A DNA stretch of 63,539 nt, the filler included, from Octopus bimaculoides (Eukaryota), in NCBI RefSeq assembly GCF_001194135.2. It is 6 parts of 6 records of this genome, joined end to end, with 100 filler letters (N's around TTAATTAATTAA, not from the genome) between each part and the next. Parts side by side here need not be neighbours in the genome. Positions count along the whole stretch, not along the records: positions 33,735 to 43,733 come from NW_026423347.1; positions 43,834 to 46,550 come from NC_068985.1; positions 46,651 to 60,544 come from NC_069001.1; 3 more parts are not named here. One strand, written 5' to 3'. This document shows positions 37,630-48,621 of this stretch, in pieces (position 1 is the stretch's first letter; every line of letters begins with the position of its first letter). The notes beneath the pieces are model-generated. The model saw nothing but the letters and a program-made list of their open reading frames with translations. It made no database searches and was not told where the DNA came from. Position numbers and translations under genes: made by a program.

Positions 37630-38340
37630 AGAGCACTTTGACAGTAGGTTTATCTTCCCTGTCAGTTTCTTTTATAAGTTATTTGAAAGTTCTCAGATAA
37701 TAAGCCTTGAAGTTAGCTCTCATACCTTGATCTATAGGATGGAACAAAACTGTTGTATGCTGGTGAATATACCTTACACCTTCATCATCAGATATCTCAG
37801 TGCGTTGATTGATACATTGTCTAAAAGAAGCAATGTTCTTCGAAACAGCTCCGTTATTCATGTCTTTTTATTTGAACTCCATATCAGGAGCATATTAAAC
37901 TTTACGTAACCTTGGAGTTTTTGAAGTGTTACATTAATAGGGACTATATTTTCATATCGCCTGCAGTATTTTCTCTCATAAGTGGTAGACGACTATTAGA
38001 AGCTTTAAATTATGACGTTGCTTTTTTTCTCTTCTTGATAAATAAGTTATAGATGGTATGACTTACAAAATGAGCGGTTTCTTCAACATTGTACACTTGC
38101 CCTTTTGTAGGCTCAGCAAGGATATTTTCTTTTGCTGCTCAGGATGATTAGAAGCAGACACTGCATCATCAGACGATTCACCACTTGTTTTTATGTAGTG
38201 CAAATTCAAACAATTTTAAAAGCTTTCAAGCCAACCTTTACTCGCCGGAAATGGCTTTCATAAAAGGTTTCACTTTCATTTTTCTTCAAATTTATACATA
38301 AACTTACTTTTTTTCTTGTTTTATCTTTAATTATCATAAT
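37630..38340 (-). mobile_element. Tigger/pogo-family transposase remnant (HTH_Tnp_Tc5 + DDE_1)
   Basis: Minus strand FPASKGWLESFK..IKTSGES; QVYNVEET; FKASNSRL..NTAGDMK; TTVLFHPIDQGMRANFKAYYLRTF; multiple stops and frameshifts. Confidence 0.85.
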
Positions 38341-38588
38341 ACTTATATCTGCAAAATGCCTGAAACCTGATCTTTGATCCATACACCCAAGAGCTGTTCC
38401 AATTTAGGCGTTATATTAGAGCAGTTATTCGAATAACATGTAGAGAACTTGACGTAATTATTTTCTCTCAATTGTCACTTGTTATTCTATCTGTAAACGT
38501 TGCAAGTTCACGTGTTGACAATGTGGGTTATCGTCGCTCTTGCAGGAAGCCTGCTTTAAAACATCAAATTTCATGTCCAGTGTGTGAA

Positions 38589-38703
38589 GGTGCATGTCTC
38601 AGTGGTTACAGCAACGGGCTCACAATCACCAGGTAGGGATTTCTATACCCGGATCGGACTGTGTGTTGTGTTCTTCAGCGAGACACTTTATTTCACATTG
38701 CTC
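38589..38703 (+). mobile_element. SINE head + CORE-like centre, truncated
   Basis: CTCAGTGGTTACAGC..CTCACAATCA..CCCGG..GTTGTGTTCTTCAGCGAGACACTTTATTTCAC. Confidence 0.65.
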
Positions 38704-38747
38704 GATTTCGCTCATATATTGATATATACTTACATATACGCTGTATG

Positions 38748-38799
<52 letters not shown>

Positions 38800-38844
38800 C
38801 AATGTTTAACATATGTATAACGTGTGTGGATGTCTATGTATTCT

Positions 38845-39140
38845 TTTATTCTTTGACTTGTTTGAGTCATTTGACTTCGGCGATGCTGGAGCACCACCTT
38901 TAGTCGAGCAAATCGACCCCAGGACTTATTCTTTTTAAGCCTAGTACTTATTCTATCGGTCTCTTTTGCCGAACCGCTAGGTTACGGGGACATAAACACA
39001 CCAACATCGATTGTCAAGCGCTGGTGATGGTGGAGGGGACAAACAGACACACAAACAAACACAAACACATACACACACATATACATATATATACGACGGG
39101 CTTCTTTTAGTTTCCGTTTACCAAATCCACTCACAAGGCT
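38845..39140 (-). mobile_element. CORE-type SINE, head missing
   Basis: Close match to family tail and centre. Confidence 0.9.
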
Positions 39141-39349
39141 TTAGTGTTCTTTCTGCAATCCCATGGTCATATGCATGTATGTATATATACTCTTTTATTC
39201 TGTTATTCCATTAACCAATTAATTAATACAGACATATCAACCTGAGCAGAAATTGAACTTGGAATATCGTGACTATAGCTTATAATATAAGGTATTTTGG
39301 TCAATGCTCTTACAACCATTAACTGTTATCATTCTTCATATAAAATGAC

Positions 39350-39795
39350 AGTTTTCGTTTTATCCACCACTGAATTGCGGCCATGCTACAGCAACGCCTT
39401 GGAGTGTTTCTGTCGATGGAATTGGCTCCAGTACGTATGTTTATAATTTTTGTCTTTGTAAATTTGGTACATATTCTATCTCTTTCTTTGGCAATTCGTT
39501 AAGTTACGCGGGCGCAAATAAACTAACACCGGTAGTTAAGCGGCGAAGATAGGTGACAAACACAGATGCAAATATACGTACACATAGACACACGCACACA
39601 CACACATACACACAAGCTTAAACTTATATAATTATATACGGGCTTCCACACAGTTTCCGTCTACCAAATTCACTTACAATGCATTGATCGACCCGGCTGT
39701 ATAGTAAAAGTTACTTACCCAAGGTGCCGTGCAATGGGAGTGAACCCGAAACTACGTGGTCATAACACAAGCAGTTAAAAAAACCACACAGCCAT
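39350..39795 (-). mobile_element. Older full-length CORE-type SINE
   Basis: TGCGGCCATGC..CAGTTTCCGTCTACCAAATT..CCCAAGGTGCC..GAACCCGAAAC..CACACAGCCA. Confidence 0.8.
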
Positions 39796-39944
39796 CTCTG
39801 TGCCTGTTTGCGTCCATGCTTGTTTGTGTATGTCTGTATGCACGTGTGTGTGTGTATGCATGTGCGTATGTTTGTGCGGATGTGTGTTTTATACGAAATA
39901 AACAGTGAGCGTGAAACGAGCAGTTAAAAAAACCTTATGCTTGT

Positions 39945-40145
39945 GTGTGTGTGTGTGTGTGTTCTTTTGTGAGTGTGTGTGTGTGTGTTCTTTTGTTAGT
40001 GTGTGTGTGTTCTTTTGTGAGTGTGTGTGTGTACTCTTTTGTGACTGTGTGTGTGTATGTATGTGCTTTTTATGAGTGCGTGCGTGTGTGTGTGTGCTCT
40101 CCTATGAGTGCATGTGTGTGTGTAAGTGTGCTCTTTTGTGAGTAT
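39945..40145. repeat. Minisatellite-like array of (GT)n-TCTTTTGTGA units
   Basis: GTGT(GT)nTCTTTTGT(G/T)A recurring about 6 times. Confidence 0.7.
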
Positions 40146-40396
40146 GCGTGTGGAGTGGAAGCGTATGTGTGTTAGTGGGCGTGTGTGTGAGGGCTATAGA
40201 TTTTGTATGGTGCGTAAATTGCGTGCGTTCTTGTATAAAATTTTGCTTGATTGTGTATGTGTGCGTGTGTCTACTTGTGTGTGTGTATGTGTGCGCGTGT
40301 ATGTGTGTATGTAGAAGTAACTTTTCTTTCTGTATGAGTACAGGTGAAATTTGCAGTGTTTTGTGTGAAATTTGTATGTGTGAAGATTGTATCTAA

Positions 40397-40439
<43 letters not shown>

Positions 40440-40754
40440 ACTGAAGACAGCGTGTGTGTGTGTTTAAAGATCGTATTAGCTGGTATGTGCGTGACAAGGT
40501 TGCGATTGTATGTGAATGAACATTGTCGATGAATGAGCATTATGTGTGTGTGTGTATATATATGTTGTGTGTGTATATATGTGCGTGTGTGTTTATGTGT
40601 GCATATGTGTATTTTTAACAGTATGTGGGAAAGTTTGTTTGTAGGTGTGTATGAGCATAGGATAGTGTGAGAATATGTCCGAGTTAAGATTGCATATATA
40701 AGTGGTATGTGTATGTATGTATATGTGTGCGTGTGTTTGTTTGTTTGTTTGTGT

Positions 40755-40806
<52 letters not shown>

Positions 40807-41123
40807 AGAGCGAGATTGAATGAGATGAGAGAACGCGCGAGAGAATGAGTGACAGAAAGATAATATGGTGGAAGAGAAAGGCAAGTGTGTGCAACGGAGT
40901 GCATATATGTGTATGTGTGTGTATGCATGTGTGTTTTATGAGAGAGATAGAGGTAGAGAGAGTGAGAGAATGAGCGAGGAAGAGAGTGAAAGTTGAAGAG
41001 GCGAGAAAATGAATTTAAGTGATACTTAAGACAAGAAGGAATGCTTCCGATACACATGCACAAGCACTCCCCCACCTCCCTTCCACACACACACACACAC
41101 ACATACACATACACCATACATAT

Positions 41124-41160
<37 letters not shown>

Positions 41161-41369
41161 CATACACACATATGCACATATACATATTTACATAATACAT
41201 ATATACATGCATACATATATATTTATAAATATATCACATATGCATACATATTTACACACACACACACACACACACACATATATTTCTGCATATCCACGTA
41301 TACACATTTGCATAATACATATACACATACATACATATATATATATATATATAGTTCAAAAACACAATA

Positions 41370-41530
41370 ACAAAAAAACAAAAAAACAACAAAGTGAGGA
41401 CGTGATATGGATAGTATTATTGGACGCTCAGGAAAGGAAAGAGAGAGTGTGTATGACGTTTCGGGCGTAGCCCTTCGTCGGAAAGATGGAAAGTTCGGAG
41501 AATGGAAGAACGGAGAAAGAGGAAAATGGT
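41370..41530 (-). mobile_element. PLE pseudo-LTR-like repeat with U4C HHR-like motif
   Basis: Minus strand CCGACGA-A-GGGC-TAC-GCCC-GAAAC-GTC at 41481-41455; flank shared with 9130 and 19920. Confidence 0.6.
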
Positions 41531-42399
41531 ACCGATGCCCACGAGGTTACATGATGNNNNNNNNNNNNNNNNNNNNNNNNNNNNNNNNNNNNNNNNNNNN
41601 NNNNNNNNNNNNNNNNNNNNNNNNNNNNNNNNNNNNNNNNNNNNNNNNNNNNNNNNNNNNNNNNNNNNNNNNNNNNNNNNNNNNNNNNNNNNNNNNNNNN
41701 NNNNNNNNNNNNNNNNNNNNNNNNNNNNNNNNNNNNNNNNNNNNNNNNNNNNNNNNNNNNNNNNNNNNNNNNNNNNNNNNNNNNNNNNNNNNNNNNNNNN
41801 NNNNNNNNNNNNNNNNNNNNNNNNNNNNNNNNNNNNNNNNNNNNNNNNNNNNNNNNNNNNNNNNNNNNNNNNNNNNNNNNNNNNNNNNNNNNNNNNNNNN
41901 NNNNNNNNNNNNNNNNNNNNNNNNNNNNNNNNNNNNNNNNNNNNNNNNNNNNNNNNNNNNNNNNNNNNNNNNNNNNNNNNNNNNNNNNNNNNNNNNNNNN
42001 NNNNNNNNNNNNNNNNNNNNNNNNNNNNNNNNNNNNNNNNNNNNNNNNNNNNNNNNNNNNNNNNNNNNNNNNNNNNNNNNNNNNNNNNNNNNNNNNNNNN
42101 NNNNNNNNNNNNNNNNNNNNNNNNNNNNNNNNNNNNGTATATGTGTGGATGTGCGTGTGTGTGTGGGATTGTGAGTGTTAGGTACGGGTGTGTGTGTGTT
42201 TATGTATGTCTGTATGTGTTTCCGTGTGCGCGTGTGTGTATATTTCTTGTGCGTGCGTGTATGTGTATATTGTCGTGCGTGCGTATGTGTTATGTATATG
42301 AGTGAGTATTGTGTATGTGAGAGGTGTGTGCGCATGTGTGTATATGTGTATGTGTATATAAATATATACACATATACATACATATTTACATATACACTG

Positions 42400-42462
<63 letters not shown>

Positions 42463-42497
42463 NNNNNNNNNNNNNNNNNNNNNNNNNNNNNNNNACG

Positions 42498-42535
<38 letters not shown>

Positions 42536-42559
42536 CTGCATATCCACGTATACATGCAC

Positions 42560-43440
42560 ACACAGAAGGGGGAGAGGGAGAAGGAGAAAAAAAATAATAG
42601 TGGAAAGAATGCGAAAGAAACAGATTAAAAGAGATGGAAGGCAAAGAGACGATTTAGATAACAAAGCACAATAAAAAATACTAAGAAACTGAGAGAGGGA
42701 GGGAGGGGAGATTTAGGAGAGTAAGTTAGAGAGAGGAGGAGGGAGTGGAAGAGGAGGAGGTGGAGGAGAATAAGCTGACAGGTAGGAATTAGGTGTGTGA
42801 AAATCGATGGAGGCGGAGATATTTAGGAAATATCGAAGTATATATAGAGAAGGAGGGGGAGAATGGGAGGAGATAGTTGATAATGGAAGAGAGGGAGGGG
42901 GAGAGGCAGAGAGAGAGAGGGAGGATGGGAGGAGATTGTGAAAGTAGCAGGGGATAGTGAGAGGGAAGAGGGTATTTGGGGGTAATCAGAAGTTAATATG
43001 AGAAAATGATAAAAGGGTATATAAAAGAATCGATGATAGATCGATCGATCGATAGTGGTAGAGGGAGAGACAGAGAGACAGAAACGGTGAGAAATGAGGG
43101 AGATAGTTTAGATCGTTTCAGAAAGAGCAACGGTGAAGAGGAGAGAGAGGATGTGAGAGGAAGGCGGAGATAGAGGTTGAGAAATATATAGAGAGAGTAA
43201 GACAGAGAGAGAGAGAGGGAGGCGGAGATAGTGGCTGAGAGAGGAGAAAGAAAAAGAAAGAGATAGATAATCAGATAGATAGATAGAGAGAGGGGGACGG
43301 AAAAGATGCTGAAAGAGAGGAAGACAAAGACAGACAAGTAGAGCGAGAGAAAGAGAGAGAGGCTGAGATGAAAGATAAAGAAAGACACAGAGAGTAGGAG
43401 AAGGAGTAAAAAAGAGAAGTTAGAGAAATGAGAGTGGTCA
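42560..43440. repeat. Purine-rich (GA-rich) low-complexity tract
   Basis: About 0.9 kb strongly A/G-biased on the + strand. Confidence 0.85.
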
Positions 43441-43959
43441 CACAGTGTGCTAGAAAGAGCAGCCATATCTTTCTCAAATCACAGAGCAACGTATAAGAAG
43501 GCATGTGGTATAATGGATAAGGTGGGGGGTGTCTTAGATCGCTAGGGAAATTACGAGATGGTCACGGTGGGAAAGGTGGTAGGTCTGTGACTAAAACGAC
43601 GAAACAACTACGGCAGCACCGATAACAATATTAACCCTTGCAGCAACAATAGGGGAAAAAAAAGAAGAAAAACAAACATTGACAATTAAAAATCAGCAAC
43701 AAAAACAATAACACCTACAACGATAGAAGCAACNNNNNNNNNNNNNNNNNNNNNNNNNNNNNNNNNNNNNNNNNNNNTTAATTAATTAANNNNNNNNNNN
43801 NNNNNNNNNNNNNNNNNNNNNNNNNNNNNNNNNTTTTTTTTTTTTTTTTTTTTTTTCCTTCCTTCCCCCTCCCAAAAAGAAAAGCTCTACATTGTATTTG
43901 TCCCATCTTCGTTGAGCCCTGTGTGGCTAATAAAAGAAATGTATCTATCTATCTATCTA

Positions 43960-44000
<41 letters not shown>

Positions 44001-44179
44001 ATCTCTTTTTATCTCTCTCTCTCTGTGTCTGCCTCTATCTCTATCTACTTATCTCTATATCTTTCACTCTATCTATCTCGTTCTCTCTCGCTTTCCCTAC
44101 ATATGTGTGTGTATAAAACTTTTATAAACACATACACATATAAAACCCATATATAGTGTGTATATTTGTATGCCTTTGA

Positions 44180-44247
<68 letters not shown>

Positions 44248-45651
44248 TTAGTTATTTCAATTATCAGTGTCTGTTCATTTGTGAATATCCTAACACGAAC
44301 TCCAGCAAATGTTAAATGTTTCTTTTTTGTTTTCTTGTTAATCTTTGACATATATCACAATATAAGGGAATCACGATTTCATTACAATGATATTATCACG
44401 TAATTAATCCATCTCGTCCACGCGTTTCATGCCAAATAAAACTATATATCTTCCCGTATCTGGAGAGATACTTTACAGGTAACTAGCAAACCAAGCTTGT
44501 CACCGCCTTCTTATTGTGACTTCCGTGTGACGTTATCTGGTTATATATCTTGACATCGTAAATAATACCCGAGACTAGAAGACTGTGTAGAAGTGGGATT
44601 GAGGACTTCATGATAAACAGAATTAAGTTTAAAGAACATGTGAGCCAACCTGTACATTGTTATTGGAGCTGTTTTAAATTGTTCCAAAATAGTTCTCAGG
44701 TAACATTATCATCCCTTTGGTCGATATACTAGAAAATACATTCTTGAAAGAAAATAAAAAAGATAAAAAAGAAAAATGTGAAGGGGGCCAAACCGAATTG
44801 TTGTGATGGAACGCATGCCTCCGTATCTCTGCTCGTTCAGCTCTGACCTGCGACTGAATAACTATGGCAGCCACAACAGCAATTGTCACGATTACCTGTG
44901 ACCACCACCACCACCGCCACTATCACCACCACCACCACCACTGATGCCGCCGCCGCCGCCGTTGCGGCCACTATCGATAGAATGATAGGCGAAACGGTGA
45001 TTTGATTTTCAATTCACGACTATACGTATGGCCATAGTGATCGGATTACAGAATTTTATTTACGCATGTAAATAAAATATGAGACCAACCTACATCATGT
45101 AAACGGAAACAACAAAACAACAAAACATTCTGTTTCGATTTTTGCACGAGCAATTGTGACATAATACATTACAGTGTCAGTACGCTCGTTTAATTTCAAT
45201 TGAAATATAATTGATAAAAACTAGAATCTTTTACAACAAGACCTTATTCATTCTTTTCATTCGTATAAGCATCGGACAAAAACTGAATAATGGTGTGTAC
45301 CACTGTGGTGGTGGTGGTGGAAATTTTTAATTTTGTAATGTGGGAGAATTTCGGTTATCTACCGTTACATTTATCTATGCAAAAAATAGATTTATACAGC
45401 TTCATGCCAGCACTTAACGTAGTGTAAGAACATAATCAAAATTGGTGAAATCGTGTTTGTATGTAGAGATTTGCTTTGAATGAATGTGAATGCAGCTTCG
45501 ACATCACTTCTGAGGTTTAGCTTATCTTAGGCAAGTATCTTTTTGTTTTTCACATTGAGTTGACTGATATCGTGTGTGTGAGTGAGAATAGGCGGGTGAA
45601 ATCTCTGTGGTAGTTTGTTAATGGGATCATTTGTGGTTGTGAGAACGCACT

Positions 45652-45654
<3 letters not shown>

Positions 45655-45740
<86 letters not shown>
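45655..45740. repeat. (TG)n microsatellite
   Basis: Direct reading. Confidence 0.95.
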
Positions 45741-45745
<5 letters not shown>

Positions 45746-46261
45746 CTTATTTGTGTGTTTGTGTGTGTTTATTTGCGTACTTGTGGGTGTATATAAATAC
45801 ATGTGAGGTTTATTCTGTCATTCGATTTAGCACCACAATCTGGTACTTGGGGCTTTGTACCTAGCATCAGGTCAGATCTCTGATCGAAGAAAAACTGCCA
45901 TCCTTTATGCTTTCAACCTTTGGCGGCCATTAAAAATATTATGAATCTCATTCCGTAATCTTAGCCTAATCCACAAAAAGAAGTAAAATACGAATCTATG
46001 AATGACTCTAAATTATTAGGTGGTCTTGTGTCCCATACTTTCAGTATAAATGGTGTGTAAAGCTGTATAAGCTCTGCAATACTTCATTTCTTTAATGATG
46101 TTACCAAGAATTTATGTTTGATCCACCAGGAAGTAAAGGATTCTACAATTAATTCCCGAAAATTGGTATGCTGTTGCTGCGTTAATTATCGATAATGTGG
46201 TTGTTGATGCTGCTGTTGTATAACACCCAAATCGTTTTGGATTAACCATACATAAAAACAT

Positions 46262-46357
46262 ATTACAGTTCCATATTTAAGAGATGAGGAATTATGCACA
46301 TTATTTACATTGTTTACATCTCCAAGATTCCAAGTTCGATTCCAGGCAGTGACCTGC

Positions 46358-46444
<87 letters not shown>

Positions 46445-46445
46445 G
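46262..46445. mobile_element. HHR-SINE family: inverted 3' tail (minus) fused to truncated head + (TAA)n (plus)
   Basis: 46262-46312 revcomp AATGTAAATAATGTGCATAATTCCTCATCTCTTAAATATGGAACTG matches 57150-57195; 46322-46358 CCAAGATTCCAAGTTCGATTCCAGGCAGTGACCTG matches 56945-56979. Confidence 0.75.
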
Positions 46446-47184
46446 GAATAATAGCACCGGGCTGAATAACAACATGGATGTGCTACACCGGGCTCCCTAT
46501 ACAAAAACATATCTAATCCAATAACATCGATGGAATTAGCCAAAAGAACCNNNNNNNNNNNNNNNNNNNNNNNNNNNNNNNNNNNNNNNNNNNNTTAATT
46601 AATTAANNNNNNNNNNNNNNNNNNNNNNNNNNNNNNNNNNNNNNNNNNNNATTTTTTATTACCCACAAGGGGCGACATAGAGGGAACGATACAACCTGAT
46701 TTGGGATCAGATGAAAACGGATGAATTAACAGAAACATGCATTTAAAAATTTTACAATGAAATCGAATTATAATCGGATGATGCGACAGACCGGAAGACA
46801 TTACGGATGGAGTGGTAAGGCGGGTTTAGCACGGACCCCTCGTGCCCCGCCTCGCCACTGATAGCTGAGATGGGTCCTTCGTCTCATTCATGTGGTTACA
46901 TTTATTCGCAACTTTCGTGCTACACTCTTCGCTGTCAACCATAAGACGGGTTGTGTTAGACGTAGCATTGACCGCCCCAAAGGAGAGTATTCCACTGAGC
47001 TTTTCGGTGGGTTAGAAAATTATATACCATCACCCCCAATTTTCCATGATAGGTTAGCACTTGGAATCCTCCAATCCTCCGATGCATTAGATGCCTATTA
47101 GTTGAATTAGACCATCATTTACTCCACAAATGTTTTCTCGTCAATGCTGTACTTTCCCGATTCACCTGTTTCAACGTAACTGTA

Positions 47185-47262
47185 ATATATATATGTATAT
47201 ATATATATATATATAAAACTATACCGTTTTAATCCGGAGCGATGCCGGGTGTCTCTGCTAGT
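47185..47262 (+). mobile_element. Helitron-type 3' terminus, possibly a minimal non-autonomous copy
   Basis: Hairpin CCGG-AGCGATG-CCGG (47234-47248), then CTAG (47258-47261) and T; upstream TATATATAAAACT. Confidence 0.55.
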
Positions 47263-47754
47263 AAAGAATAAAAATCGAATTTGATTTCAATACATCCATA
47301 TTTTCTCGAACTATGCAAGAAGTTAAAGATTTGTCTTGACTAAAACACAACTGGGTCCCTAAGTAAGGCATGTGTAAAATATAAGTTTTCCTTGTTTCGT
47401 TAGTTTTGTTAATTTTCTTCCCGCATTCAAAATATATAATTTAACTTAATTATATAAACCGGAGATAATCGTAAGTCAATGTGTGGATTTGTATCTTGCT
47501 TTTATACCAATGTCAATGTGATTATTAACTACGTGTACCTCTCTCATTCTCTTTCTCACTGTATATATATATATATACATATCCGCATACATAAATATAC
47601 ATATGTATATGTAAACTATATAATGTGTATATATATATATATATATGCATATATATATATGCATACATATATATACGTACATATATAATGTATAATGTAA
47701 TATATATATATACATATATATGCATATATATATATACATGTATATTCATATGTA

Positions 47755-47795
<41 letters not shown>

Positions 47796-47824
47796 ACTTG
47801 GGGATGGTCATATTGCCAGTTTAC

Positions 47825-47860
<36 letters not shown>

Positions 47861-48059
47861 NNNNNNNNNNNNNNNNNNNNNNNNNNNNNNNNNNNNNNNN
47901 NNNNNNNNNNNNNNNNNNATATCGAGGCGTGTATGTGAGCGTGTGTCTGTATCAATGTATACATGGAAGTATTTAAGTAGGAATTGAAGAGACATTCCTG
48001 GATTCGGTCTGAAAATATATTTGAAAAGGAAAATGGATGAAAGAATTTTTTTCTTCTCG

Positions 48060-48580
48060 TGTGTCCCATATCTAGTTAGCAACTTCTTTGTCTTTCTGAC
48101 TAAGCTGTTTTGTTTGTCTCCTGTCCATGCGATTACCCCTGCTCCATACCTAAGGAGTGAAACCGCCCAGGTGTTGATAACTTCAATCTTATTCCGTCCG
48201 TTTAATTTCGTCTTAAGTAGGAAGCTCCGTTTGCGCAAGTACTACACCTTAAATTCTTCTGTTTTTTTCTTTCTCCATCAATTTATCCATTTTCCAAAAT
48301 GTCCAAGTACTTATTGCCCGTCTCTTCTATCTGCTTCATACCCTCCCCCGACGGTATCGATAGCCCGTTCATACATTTGATTTTACCTCTCTTCAAGACT
48401 AACACACCCCATTTTCACAGTCTAAATTCCATTCTGATATCAGCACTGAAAGTATACACCCTATCAACGAGGGAACTGACTTGAGCTTCATCTTTACCAT
48501 AAAGTTTGAGATCATCCATGAATAACAAACGGTTGATTTTCCTTGGCGCCTTTTGAATACATACCCAGTTTTTGCTTTCC
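48060..48580 (-). mobile_element. R4/Dong-clade LINE RT fragment abutting (TAA)n
   Basis: INRLLFMDDLKLYGKDEAQVSSLVDRVYTFSADIRMEF..; KLNGRNKIEVINTWAVSLLRYGAGVIAW..RKTKKLLTRYG. Confidence 0.9.
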
Positions 48581-48581
48581 C

Positions 48582-48621
<40 letters not shown>

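Noticed and set aside
39945-40145. Repeat-spacer pattern as a CRISPR-like array
   Set aside because: Spacers are (GT)n; this is a eukaryotic minisatellite
44780-44990. GC-rich (CAC)n/(GCC)n patch as a promoter or first exon
   Set aside because: No ORF, splice or other support
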